Source: an uncultured bacterium (GTDB lineage: Bacteria > Patescibacteriota > Minisyncoccia > UBA6257 > 2-01-FULL-56-20). From it: a stretch of 64,000 bases of DNA. The stretch spans positions 522,880 through 586,879 of the forward strand of contig OY970382.1 in NCBI GenBank assembly GCA_963719425.1. Reading direction: 5' to 3'. Under the pieces are notes generated by a model. That model was given only the letters and a program-made list of their open reading frames with translations, was not told where the DNA came from and did no database searches. Positions 36,115 to 45,491 of the stretch are shown here, piece by piece. Position 1 is the stretch's first letter. Every line of letters begins with the position of its first letter. A program made the position numbers and the translations under genes.

Positions 36115-37839
36115 TTATTCCCCCGCGTTCAGCGCCGCGCGCGTGCTTGGGCCGACATAACCAGCCGGATCAATGCCGTGCGCGGCCTGATATTGTCCAA
36201 CGGCGGTTTCAGTGAGCGCCCCGTAAAACCCAGTGATCGGGCCGGAATAGAACCCTTTTTGCGTGAGATACTCTTGGAGTGCCGTGACCTCCGCACCTTG
36301 CGATCCTGCACTCAAAAATTGGGTGAAGGTGTACGCATTTGTGGTGGCGGCGGTGGGGGTGGCGGATGTGCCGCTTGTCGTTGCTCTGCCGCTCGCACTT
36401 CCGGCGAGCTCTGTGAGTGTGGTTGCCATGGTTTGGATCTGCGTCACAATCTGCGCGAGCTCACTTTGCATGGACTGAATCGCGGCGAGAAGCGTGCTCG
36501 CCGACGTACTTTGCGTTGCCGCCGTTGTCGCTTGGCCCGTCACCGTAACGTAGAGCGTGTTGCAGCTGCCGCCTGAGGCGCATACCGTAATTGAGTCCGA
36601 ACCGATGTTCGTGCCGTAGAGCGTAAGCGTGCTGCCGTTCACACTCGCCTGTGCGACATTAGAATTCGCATTTGACGAAACATAATAGCTCGCGCTCCCC
36701 GAAAGCGAGATGTTCATGCTTCCCCCGACGGCGAGCGTCGGGTTCGTAACGCCGAACGTCACCTGGCCGGTGTTCGTCGCACCGACGGTAACATAAAGCG
36801 TCCCACAACCGTTGGAAGTGGAACACACTGTGACCGTCGTCGCGCCGTTCGTGAGTCCGGAGATTGTGAGCGTATTGCCATTCAGGGATTCCGACGCCAC
36901 GCTGGGATTTGAATTCCCGGTCATGTAGTAGCCAGACCCGCCGGAAATGGTAACGGGAACGATCTGACCGACTATGATAGATGGATTGGAACTGCTGAAG
37001 TACAACGATCCGTTCGTGGTGGTGCTGCCGACGGTAATGTACAGCGTGCCGCAGTTCCCGGACGTATCGCACACCGTAACGTTCGTATTGCCGAGGGCCG
37101 AAGCGGTTACCGTTATAGTATTCCCGCTTAAGACGGCGGAAGCAATGCTCGGACTGGAATTGCCCGTGACGGAATAGCTGCCGCTGCCTCCGGTCACGAC
37201 GACCGTCGTGCCCTGCCCGACGGCGAGCGTGAAATTATTCTGACTGAAGGAAAGCACGCTTCCGGCCTGAACGATGATGTTTAAGTTTGCACAGTTGGAA
37301 GCCGTGCCTGAGTAGCAGATTGTGGCGTTCGTCCCGCCGATCTGGTTGGCAACGACGGTGATCTGCGTTCCGTTCGTCTGAATGGAGGCGACGGATGGAT
37401 TGGAATTCGTCGCCATGTATACCGGCGCGGAACTGCCCTGCGAATATACGGTGGCAGACTGCCCGAGGCCGAGCGTGACGCTTGTCTGATTGAGCGACGG
37501 CGTTCCCGTGGGGGCGGGCCATGTTTGCATTGCGGACTGTTGGCTGTTCACGATGACGTACACGGATCGGCCTGCGTTGATGCCGTAGGAAGACGCGCTC
37601 ACGGTTGTTGAAAAATATCCGCTTGCATTCGTCGTGCCAAGCGTCATCGTCTGCATCCCCGAGGCGCTCGCAACGTTGTAGTAGAACATTACGCTCGCGT
37701 TCGAATCTCCCGACACGCCCACCTGAACGGAATTGCCCCCCACGCTTGAAAGCGAAAGCGTCGGCGTCGCCGCATAGGCGCTCGTCGCCGCGAGGAGCGA
37801 GAGAACTACCCCGACAATTGCGATTTTGATAAATTTCAT
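36115..37839 (-). CDS. Secreted cell-surface protein with repeated beta-rich (Ig-like) segments and C-terminal peptidoglycan-binding domain
   Basis: Signal peptide. The C-terminus FLSAGSQGAEVTALQEYLTQKGFYSGPITGFYGALTETAVGQYQAAHGI matches the PG_binding_1 pattern. Confidence 0.6.
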   Translation of the reverse strand: MKFIKIAIVGVVLSLLAATSAYAATPTLSLSSVGGNSVQVGVSGDSNASVMFYYNVASASGMQTMTLGTTNASGYFSTTVSASSYGINAGRSVYVIVNSQQSAMQTWPAPTGTPSLNQTSVTLGLGQSATVYSQGSSAPVYMATNSNPSVASIQTNGTQITVVANQIGGTNATICYSGTASNCANLNIIVQAGSVLSFSQNNFTLAVGQGTTVVVTGGSGSYSVTGNSSPSIASAVLSGNTITVTASALGNTNVTVCDTSGNCGTLYITVGSTTTNGSLYFSSSNPSIIVGQIVPVTISGGSGYYMTGNSNPSVASESLNGNTLTISGLTNGATTVTVCSTSNGCGTLYVTVGATNTGQVTFGVTNPTLAVGGSMNISLSGSASYYVSSNANSNVAQASVNGSTLTLYGTNIGSDSITVCASGGSCNTLYVTVTGQATTAATQSTSASTLLAAIQSMQSELAQIVTQIQTMATTLTELAGSASGRATTSGTSATPTAATTNAYTFTQFLSAGSQGAEVTALQEYLTQKGFYSGPITGFYGALTETAVGQYQAAHGIDPAGYVGPSTRAALNAGE

Positions 37840-38075
37840 GGCTGCATATTTATGGTACCTCTGATGCGAACGGTCTGCCAGTCGCGGAGCCCCGCCTCGC
37901 GATTTCTTCGTCGGTATGTTCCAATATCCTATTTACGATTCAGAAAGCAATAAGGTTGCGCGCCTGCCATGCCTGCATCGCAGCAGGGCCGGGCGCGAAA
38001 CCTCGCTTGGCGAAAGCGGACAGACCGACAAAGGGAGCCACAGTAAAACTCGAAGCTGTATTGCTTTTAAAGCAT

Positions 38076-39389
38076 TTAGGGATTGACCACTCTACCCATA
38101 AACAGGATGTCGCCGGTCTGATTTTCCTGAATGAAGAAAGTAAATGGATGGTTTGCATTAAAGACAATCGGCTTTGGTGGTTCGGGCATGGCAATTGCTG
38201 CCTGGAACATCAGAACCGCCGTCGCAGCGGCCGCCTCGGTCCCGTTTTCATCCGTGTCGATGAACGCCTTATGAATGACATCGCCGATGTAAAGATTTTG
38301 TGAAGGATCTTTTATCGGGGCAATTCCTGAAAAGTCAGCAGCGGTGGGCGAAAAAGCGGTCGGCATCCCCATCGCTTCTAAATCCGATGGCATATGTTCT
38401 TCCGTTTCAATCTTGAACTTGGGCAGAGAAACGTCAACGAATTGATTCTGTATTTCTTTTTCCCAACCACTGATTTTTTGACAATCCAAAGCCTCTTCAA
38501 AAGCAGATAAATCGTTCCCTTTTGGCAGAAGTACAAACATGGAAACGTCATCGCCCCGATACGGGAGTCGTAGCAGTTGCGCATTGCCCACGTCCGCATA
38601 CGCGAAATTAGACGTTTGTTCCATCATCGACACTTGAGAATGACTGCCGCTGCCCGTCGTGAAATCCTTTTCTTGCGTCGCCGATTTATCGAATGTGCTA
38701 CTCCACGCGGCCTTGAAATAGATGGCGTTTGTAAGAATAAGGCGCGTGTATTGGTTGATGTCGCTCATTGATAAAATATTTTGAATCTTGTTTGCGGTCT
38801 TATCGGCGACCCACTGATTGATTGTGCTGACGGCAACCGATGGATTGTCGATGAAGTCCAGACCGGTAATATTTCCACCATAATAAGTTTTTATTGCACT
38901 CGCGTAACTGTCTAAAAGCTGATAATTGTTTTGAACCCATAATGCATTGGCGGTATTGAGGGTATAAGAACCTGAACTGTTATTGATGTCGGCGAAGGCA
39001 TTTTGGTAAGCGTCTCTCACTTGTGTAATATCTGCGGGGAAGTGAAAGACGCTTCCTATCTCTTGTGCTGTTTGTCCTTTGGCCCCCTCGTAGACCATAG
39101 CCATTGCCGAGGAAATGCTGAATGGGGAAAAGAAAAGATTCGCGTCAGAATTTTTCTCGATCGCGTATCTCGAATAAAGGTCGATGGCGAATTGATTGTT
39201 TGCGTCAGAAACGTTGCTTAATTGGAATAAATGGGGTGGGGTTGGCGGAGTCGGCGCGGTTTGCGGGGTCTTGATACCTGCTGAACCTTGAGAGATATAT
39301 TTGGCGTAGTAATACCATGCTCCGCCCACAACAAGCGCAGCAAGCACAATCGCAAGCACCCCAATCAGTGCGAAACCCCTTTCATCCAT
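38076..39389 (-). CDS. Serpin (serine protease inhibitor) family protein with N-terminal membrane anchor
   Basis: NAIYFKAAW, the reactive-centre-loop region and C-terminal NHPFTFFIQENQTGDILFMGRVVNP, which is the classic serpin signature. Confidence 0.75.
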   Translation of the reverse strand: MDERGFALIGVLAIVLAALVVGGAWYYYAKYISQGSAGIKTPQTAPTPPTPPHLFQLSNVSDANNQFAIDLYSRYAIEKNSDANLFFSPFSISSAMAMVYEGAKGQTAQEIGSVFHFPADITQVRDAYQNAFADINNSSGSYTLNTANALWVQNNYQLLDSYASAIKTYYGGNITGLDFIDNPSVAVSTINQWVADKTANKIQNILSMSDINQYTRLILTNAIYFKAAWSSTFDKSATQEKDFTTGSGSHSQVSMMEQTSNFAYADVGNAQLLRLPYRGDDVSMFVLLPKGNDLSAFEEALDCQKISGWEKEIQNQFVDVSLPKFKIETEEHMPSDLEAMGMPTAFSPTAADFSGIAPIKDPSQNLYIGDVIHKAFIDTDENGTEAAAATAVLMFQAAIAMPEPPKPIVFNANHPFTFFIQENQTGDILFMGRVVNP

Positions 39390-39458
39390 TTGTTTATTTT
39401 AGCATACCGTGACCCACGCTGCCTCTGCTCCTGTCACAAGGAGTGATATAATGATGGG

Positions 39459-40463
39459 ATGAAAAAACGTAAATTAGGCAGCAGTGATTTGTTGGTTTCG
39501 GAAATCGCGCTGGGCTCATGGCTCACCTATTCGGGGGGTGTTTCGCGGGACCAAACGGAGGCCTGCACAAGAGCGGCCTATGAATCGGGTATTAACTTCT
39601 TTGACACTGCAAATGTTTACGGGAGAGGCGTTTCTGAAACGGCATGGGGTGAGATTCTCTCGGACTATCCCCGCGACTCCTACGTCCTCGCGACGAAGGT
39701 CTTTTTTCCCATGTCGGATACCGACCGGGGCCTCTCGGCAGCGCAAATCAACAAACAAATTGACGCCTCGCTCGCGCGGCTCAAGACCGATTACGTAGAC
39801 CTCTACTATTGCCACCGCTTTGATGTCACCGTGCCGATTGAAGAAACGATGGAGGCCTTGAGCGCGCTCGTCACGGCGGGCAAGGTCCGCTACCTTGGGT
39901 TCAGCGAATGGACTCCCGAGCAAATCAAGGCAGGGCTCGCAGTCGCGGGCACCGAAAAGTTTGTCGCCTCGCAGCCCCAGTACAATATGCTCTGGCGAAG
40001 CCCCGAAGGCGAGGTTTTCCCGCTGTGCGAAAAGAACGGCATATCGCAGGTAGTATGGTCGCCGCTTGCGCAAGGAGTACTCACAGGCAAGTACAAGCCG
40101 GGCGAGCCGCCGCCGAGCGACTCTCGCGCCGCGAGCAGCGCAATGAATGAGTGGCTGACAAAACAACAACAATACATGAACGATGCTACGCTTTCCACGG
40201 TGCAACGGCTAAGGCCGATCGCCGACAAGTTGGGCATCAGCATGGCGCAGCTCGCACTCGCGTGGGTGCTACGGCGCAAGGAAGTGGCCGCGGCCATCAT
40301 CGGCGCTTCAAGACCAGAGCAAGTGCGGGAGAACATTGCCGCGCTAGACGTGCAGCTCTCCGATGAAACTTTACAAGCAATTGACGAGGCGCTTCGCGAT
40401 GTCGTCACGCGCCGCTTTACGCTCTCGGGCGGCGCGCAAGAAGGCGTCAAACACCGGACATGA
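39459..40463 (+). CDS. Aldo/keto reductase (Kv-beta-like oxidoreductase)
   Basis: LGSSDLLVSEIALGSW ... GINFFDTANVYG AKR N-terminal motifs; 334 aa. Confidence 0.8.
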   Translation: MKKRKLGSSDLLVSEIALGSWLTYSGGVSRDQTEACTRAAYESGINFFDTANVYGRGVSETAWGEILSDYPRDSYVLATKVFFPMSDTDRGLSAAQINKQIDASLARLKTDYVDLYYCHRFDVTVPIEETMEALSALVTAGKVRYLGFSEWTPEQIKAGLAVAGTEKFVASQPQYNMLWRSPEGEVFPLCEKNGISQVVWSPLAQGVLTGKYKPGEPPPSDSRAASSAMNEWLTKQQQYMNDATLSTVQRLRPIADKLGISMAQLALAWVLRRKEVAAAIIGASRPEQVRENIAALDVQLSDETLQAIDEALRDVVTRRFTLSGGAQEGVKHRT

Positions 40464-40759
40464 CCCTCCGCGTCAACAATCTACAATATAATCTCCCCGA
40501 TCTCGCCCGTACGTTGAGCTATCGGCCTCTCGGCTATACCGAGAAGGGCGAACTGAATTGCGTCCGTCCGCTGGGCGCGGCCTATCCCCGCTTTCACGTT
40601 TATATGAAAGCTACCCCCGACATCCTTACGCTGAACATCCATCTTGATCAAAAAAAGGTTTCGTACGAAGGTGCTACGGCACACAGTGGCGACTACGATA
40701 GCGATACGGTGAAGGAAGAGGTGGCGCGGATTAAGGAGATCATCTTCCGGATGCACTAA
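40460..40759 (+). CDS. Hypothetical protein (99 aa)
   Basis: ORF overlapping the AKR stop (ATGA). Confidence 0.35.
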   Translation: MTLRVNNLQYNLPDLARTLSYRPLGYTEKGELNCVRPLGAAYPRFHVYMKATPDILTLNIHLDQKKVSYEGATAHSGDYDSDTVKEEVARIKEIIFRMH

Positions 40760-40764
40760 ACTCC

Positions 40765-41628
40765 ATGAGCGCTTCCCTCAAAAAACTATTTGCGGAACTC
40801 TACCCGAAGCGAAAACCGTGGGCACATAAGGGCGAGCATGGTTCCGTTTTGATCATTGGCGGCAGCGGGCGGTATTCCGGCTCCCCCGCCCTGAACGCGC
40901 TCGCCGCCCTGCGGAGCGGCGCGGACCTTGTGACAATATTCGGCGCGGAACGGGCTATGAACATTGCGGCAACCTTCGCGCCGGACCTCATTACTTGCTC
41001 GCTGGGCAACGGGCTTGCGCCCCTGCACATTCCCCTTCTTCTCAAAGAATCAAAGAAATTTGATTCGCTCGTCGTCGGCTGTGGACTTGATCGGAATGAA
41101 AAGACGCACCAGGCCATCGCTGACCTCATCACAAAAATAAACCTACCGATGGTAGTAGATGCAGAAGGCATCCGTGCAGTAGCAAAACACCCCCGCGCCC
41201 TTCGCGCCCTTTCCAGAAGGAGAGCTATTCTTACGCCGCACGCGGAGGAATTCCGCGTGTTGACCGGAGAGGTCGTGAAGCCGAATGTTGCCGATAGAAT
41301 ACTGAAAGTAAAACGATGGGCGAAACGACTGGGGGTCGTCATTCTCTTGAAGGGCCACGCGGACGTGATCTCCGACGGGCGGCGCGTGGAAACGAATGCG
41401 ACAGGAACGCCTTTCATGACCAAGGGCGGTTTTGGGGACACTTTGAGCGGGATATGCGGCGCACTGCTTGCGCGTGGCGCCGATCCGTTCCGAGCCGCAG
41501 CGCTTGCCCCCTACATTAACGGACAGGCCGGAGCGCTGGCATCAAAAAAATATGGCGAAGGAACTTTGGCGAGTGATCTCATCACGTTCATCCCGCTCGT
41601 TCTGACTCGCTTCTCTCACGCCCGATAA
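40765..41628 (+). CDS. nnrD: ADP-dependent NAD(P)H-hydrate dehydratase (YjeF C-terminal / Nnr-like carbohydrate-kinase fold)
   Basis: HKGEHGSVLIIGGSGRYSGSPALNALAALRSGADLV ... GFGDTLSG. Confidence 0.7.
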   Translation: MSASLKKLFAELYPKRKPWAHKGEHGSVLIIGGSGRYSGSPALNALAALRSGADLVTIFGAERAMNIAATFAPDLITCSLGNGLAPLHIPLLLKESKKFDSLVVGCGLDRNEKTHQAIADLITKINLPMVVDAEGIRAVAKHPRALRALSRRRAILTPHAEEFRVLTGEVVKPNVADRILKVKRWAKRLGVVILLKGHADVISDGRRVETNATGTPFMTKGGFGDTLSGICGALLARGADPFRAAALAPYINGQAGALASKKYGEGTLASDLITFIPLVLTRFSHAR

Positions 41629-41631
41629 CGC

Positions 41632-42177
41632 TTACGGAACGAGGACGGCGGCTGCGAAGACGGTGGTCCAGAGGCCATCCTTGTTGCCGATCGCCGATTG
41701 CGTGATATTTGTCGTCGTGACGATCTTGCCGCTCATTTTATAAATCTGCTCGCGTTCGTCCCACGCCTTATCAGGATCAAATTCAATGCCGAGCGTTGTG
41801 GCGAGCATTGACGCGGCGAGATCCTCCGCGTAATCCCCTGCTTTGTCGGCGGTCTCGCCAAATGAATGATGCTCGGAAAGATAACCATACTGGGCGGTGG
41901 CATCGGCAGGAATAGCCACGCCGACGGATGCCGCAAGAAGGCGATTCGGCTCGTTGGTATTGTTTCTCGCATACACTACGAAAACCACTTCTCCAGGCGA
42001 GAGTAGCTTGATCCCCTCTTCTTTTGAAATCCGCTTGCAGCCGGGAGGGAAAATACTTGAAACAAGGACAAGATTGTATGGCGCGATGCCCGCCTCGCGG
42101 AGCGCCAGCTCAAACGAGCTCAGGCGATCCTTGTGCACACCGACTCCCTTGGTAAAAAATATTTTGGACGGGACCAT
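41632..42177 (-). CDS. pdaD: Pyruvoyl-dependent arginine decarboxylase
   Basis: [28 protein letters not shown] ... [12 protein letters not shown], including the self-cleavage SS site region. Confidence 0.7.
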   Translation of the reverse strand: MVPSKIFFTKGVGVHKDRLSSFELALREAGIAPYNLVLVSSIFPPGCKRISKEEGIKLLSPGEVVFVVYARNNTNEPNRLLAASVGVAIPADATAQYGYLSEHHSFGETADKAGDYAEDLAASMLATTLGIEFDPDKAWDEREQIYKMSGKIVTTTNITQSAIGNKDGLWTTVFAAAVLVP

Positions 42178-42179
42178 GA

Positions 42180-43247
42180 TTAATCGGACTCAATACCCCG
42201 AAGCACTTTGACGAGCGTTTCTGCGATGGCCGGCGCCATATTGACCTCTTCCACGCGCCCGCCCGTGGAACCCTCATATTCGGTTTCATAGAGCCCCCGC
42301 GGCCTCGTGTTGCCGAGCCAAATGGCGTCAAACGGCTGCGGTTCGTTATAGGGAAATAGTTTCATTTTCCAACCCGGAGAGCACACGGGGTGCGTCGCCG
42401 CGAGCCGGACGCTTTTTGCTCCTATTTCGCGCAATTTGTACGCCGTCATAACAGCAGTTCCGCCGGTATCCACCTCGTCTTCCCGCATTATGACATTCAT
42501 GCCGCGGAGGTCGTTCACCTCGCAGGTCAGAGGAGCATCGGCGCCGTATCTCTTGCGGATGGCATCCAAAAAATCCCTGCTTTCCATCGGGGTAATACGG
42601 CCATTGATGCGCTTCTTCGGCGTCGCGACTACCGCGATGCCGAGTTCCTTCGCGAGCGCGATCGCCCGGCCCACCGAACCGAAATCCGGCGAATAGATCC
42701 GCACCGTGTCAGCTCCCCCCAATGTCTCTACGACGCCGCGCAATTTCTCCGCAAAAAGTTTTGTAGGATCGCTTATGTAAAGCTCCAATCCGAACTCTTT
42801 GCAATATGCTTCGGTGTTATCTACCGAGTGCGGCTCGCAGACAATGAGCTTCGTCGCACCCCAGTGCTTGAGGTTGCTTATAAACCAGCGAAGCCGCGTT
42901 ACTTCGTAGCTGTTCTCCGACCGATCCTGCCGGCGGTAGCGGAGGAACGGCAGCACCACCGTGACGGAGCGTGCCCCGTACTGCTTCTTCGCGCTCGTCA
43001 CGAGGTCCATAAGCTCGCTCTCCAGTTTGACCGTGACGGGAGAAGAAAAAATAATCACGTGCCGGCCTTTTATCCGTTCCGGATCCTCGGGCCGGAACCC
43101 CGGCTCCCCGTCCGGCCAGACATGGTACCACAAATGGCTGAACCGGATGCCGAGGCCGGTCGCAGCATTCACGAGCTTCAATATTTCGTCGTCAAGCTTA
43201 TGGTGACCTGTACCCCCATACACGATAAATTTTTCTCTCGGCGGCAT
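42180..43247 (-). CDS. prs: Ribose-phosphate pyrophosphokinase (PRPP synthetase), divergent
   Basis: PRPP-binding loop [13 protein letters not shown] with N- and C-terminal PRTase-type halves. Confidence 0.75.
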   Translation of the reverse strand: MPPREKFIVYGGTGHHKLDDEILKLVNAATGLGIRFSHLWYHVWPDGEPGFRPEDPERIKGRHVIIFSSPVTVKLESELMDLVTSAKKQYGARSVTVVLPFLRYRRQDRSENSYEVTRLRWFISNLKHWGATKLIVCEPHSVDNTEAYCKEFGLELYISDPTKLFAEKLRGVVETLGGADTVRIYSPDFGSVGRAIALAKELGIAVVATPKKRINGRITPMESRDFLDAIRKRYGADAPLTCEVNDLRGMNVIMREDEVDTGGTAVMTAYKLREIGAKSVRLAATHPVCSPGWKMKLFPYNEPQPFDAIWLGNTRPRGLYETEYEGSTGGRVEEVNMAPAIAETLVKVLRGIESD

Positions 43248-43573
43248 AGAAGATATGATAACAAATTATTTATTTTTCCCCAAACGCCCCCCGCATTTGA
43301 TATTGACAAATATAGAGCAAATAGAGTATAATGTTAATCGGAAGCTAATACACGATGGAGGCCTAGCAATATGTTGCAGAAAATGATGTATGTGGCGTTG
43401 TTGCTTTTTTGTCTTGTATGGGTAAGTGCAACCCCGTCATGTTTCCCGCCGCCACGGCAAGTTCCGATCCCGCTGCCACACCTGCCGCCCCATTAACCGA
43501 CCCGCCCGACCGGAGGTGAAATCAATTTACTACCGGTCGGGCGCACTCCTGAATTCGTAACTTTGTTACAACT

Positions 43574-43803
43574 TCAGGAGTGTCTTTCGTTCATCGTTTC
43601 CCAATCCCATGCGCGGTCTTCGTTGTGGCCGATTTTCTTTAAAATTTCATTCTGAATATCAATATCAAATATTCCGCAGAGATGCAGAATCCGTTGCACG
43701 ACATCGCCCAACTCTTCTTTGAACCCATCCTTGCCATCCATATTTTTATGGCGATAGGCTTCAGAATAAGCTCGGTGAGCTCACGCACAGTGAGGTCCTT
43801 CAT
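43574..43803 (-). pseudogene. MazG-like nucleotide pyrophosphohydrolase remnant (frameshifted/truncated)
   Basis: Frame 1 gives MKDLTVRELTELILK..., then a frame switch to ...KNMDGKDGFKEELGDVVQRILHLCGIFDIDIQNEILKKIGHNEDRAW. The MazG EExxD helix is present but the middle of the protein is missing. Confidence 0.3.
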
Positions 43804-43807
43804 GGCG

Positions 43808-45457
43808 CTAGTGCTGGTAAAACCCGCGGGCGACGGCGTCGGGAATCATAATGAGCGGGACGCCGTACTTTGCGCACATGGCTTTTACGTCGCCGTCTTT
43901 CACCGAGCCGCTTGTGGCAAGAATGGCTTTGATGCCCGCCTTCGCAAGCACTTCGGGACCGTCGGGGAACGGGAAGAAGCTGTCGCTGTAGGCAGCCGCG
44001 CCCGCAACCTCGTGGCCGGCGTCCTTCGCGCGCTTGATCGCGAGCTCACAGCAGCTTACCCTGTCCTGCTGGCCCACGCCGTTGCCGATGAGCTGGTTCC
44101 CCATGACGAGCGTGACGGTGTTGCTGTTGCTCGTTGAGCCGATCGCCCACGCGAGGAGAAGATCATTTTCTTGTTCCGGCGTGCAATTGCCATTCCGCTC
44201 CACACGGGGATCTTTGAGGTCCAGGACAAACGCGTAATTCGGCTGGGTGAGAAATCCGCCGCGCACGGCGCGAAATCTTGTTTCATAGTTCAGGCTGCCT
44301 GCGGTGAGCGAGCCGAGTGCCGCGTTTTCCAAGAGGCGGCACTTCCCGCCTTTCCGCGCAAGGAGTTCCACTGCCTCAGGCGCAAAGCTCGGCGCGACGA
44401 CGCCGTCCAAGAGCCGCCTTGCACCCGCGGGCATTTGCGCGTGGATAAGCGTTTCGGCGACCGCTCCGTCAACGGGAAACATTAGCATCACAAGTCCGCC
44501 AAAAATGGCGCGAAGGTCGCCCGAAAGCATATTTTTTATAACTTCGGTCGGATCGTTTCCCACTGCCGCGCCGCAGGGATTGCCGTGCTTTACGCCGACC
44601 GCGATGTGCGGGACCTTTTTGCGGTTCACGTCAAATACGGCGGCAATATGCGTCGCGGTCTGAAGCATACGATCCACATCACAAAGATTGTTATAGCTCA
44701 GCGCGTCACCGGCGACGGTGCGGAACCGGAAAAGCGCGAGTGGATCGCCGCCCGCATCTTGTGCCGTGCCAGTCGTGCCCACCGTGCCCGTTGAATCCGC
44801 TGTAATTTCCGTCGCATAGAGCGCCGCCGGCGTCTGCCAGGCATTCTCCCCATATTTGCACGTGAGAACGCGCGACCCGATAAAGCCGTCAAACTGCCCG
44901 CCGCTCCGATAACGGCTTGCGGTCAAACAATATTCGGCGACAATCGCGTCGGCTTTCGCATTAAGTTGATCAATGAATTTTTCCCTGTCGGGATATCCTT
45001 TATCAATCCACTCTATGACCTTCGCGCGGTCGGCGGGATCGGAGATGACGATGCGCTCCCCTTTTGCAGCGGAGTGCAGCATGGTCGGGCCGCCCACGTC
45101 CGTCATCTCTATGACTGAAGCGCGCGTGCTGCCTTCTTTTGCGATCGCATCATGCAAGGGATAAAGATCAACGCAAACAAGGTCAATGCGCGGGAGCCCG
45201 AGCCGTTTCAGTTCCTCTTCGTCTTCGGGAATATTCCGCGCGAGAAGCCCCGCATGGATCTGTCGCGACAACGTGACTACGCGATGCCCCAGGATCGGCT
45301 CGCCCACGATATCACCCACGTCCCGCACCGCAACGCCCGCTTCGCGGAGCGCCTTCGCCGTGCCGCCCGAGGCGAGGATCTGCCACCCGCGCGAAACCAA
45401 ATCGCGCGCGAATTCAACGACTCCCTCCTTGTGATACACAGACAGCAACGCGGTCAT
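43808..45457 (-). CDS. purH: Bifunctional AICAR transformylase / IMP cyclohydrolase
   Basis: N-terminal MGS-like ALLSVYHKEGVVEFARDL ... ASGGTAKAL and the C-terminal AICARFT domain. Confidence 0.85.
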   Translation of the reverse strand: MTALLSVYHKEGVVEFARDLVSRGWQILASGGTAKALREAGVAVRDVGDIVGEPILGHRVVTLSRQIHAGLLARNIPEDEEELKRLGLPRIDLVCVDLYPLHDAIAKEGSTRASVIEMTDVGGPTMLHSAAKGERIVISDPADRAKVIEWIDKGYPDREKFIDQLNAKADAIVAEYCLTASRYRSGGQFDGFIGSRVLTCKYGENAWQTPAALYATEITADSTGTVGTTGTAQDAGGDPLALFRFRTVAGDALSYNNLCDVDRMLQTATHIAAVFDVNRKKVPHIAVGVKHGNPCGAAVGNDPTEVIKNMLSGDLRAIFGGLVMLMFPVDGAVAETLIHAQMPAGARRLLDGVVAPSFAPEAVELLARKGGKCRLLENAALGSLTAGSLNYETRFRAVRGGFLTQPNYAFVLDLKDPRVERNGNCTPEQENDLLLAWAIGSTSNSNTVTLVMGNQLIGNGVGQQDRVSCCELAIKRAKDAGHEVAGAAAYSDSFFPFPDGPEVLAKAGIKAILATSGSVKDGDVKAMCAKYGVPLIMIPDAVARGFYQH

Positions 45458-45491
45458 TTTTTCATAAGGAGGTTTTTGTAGGTAAGTTTTT

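Noticed and set aside
36091-36576. ORFs antisense to the PG-binding surface protein (also 36659..37072, 37235..37522)
   Set aside because: These are antisense overlaps within a well-supported gene.
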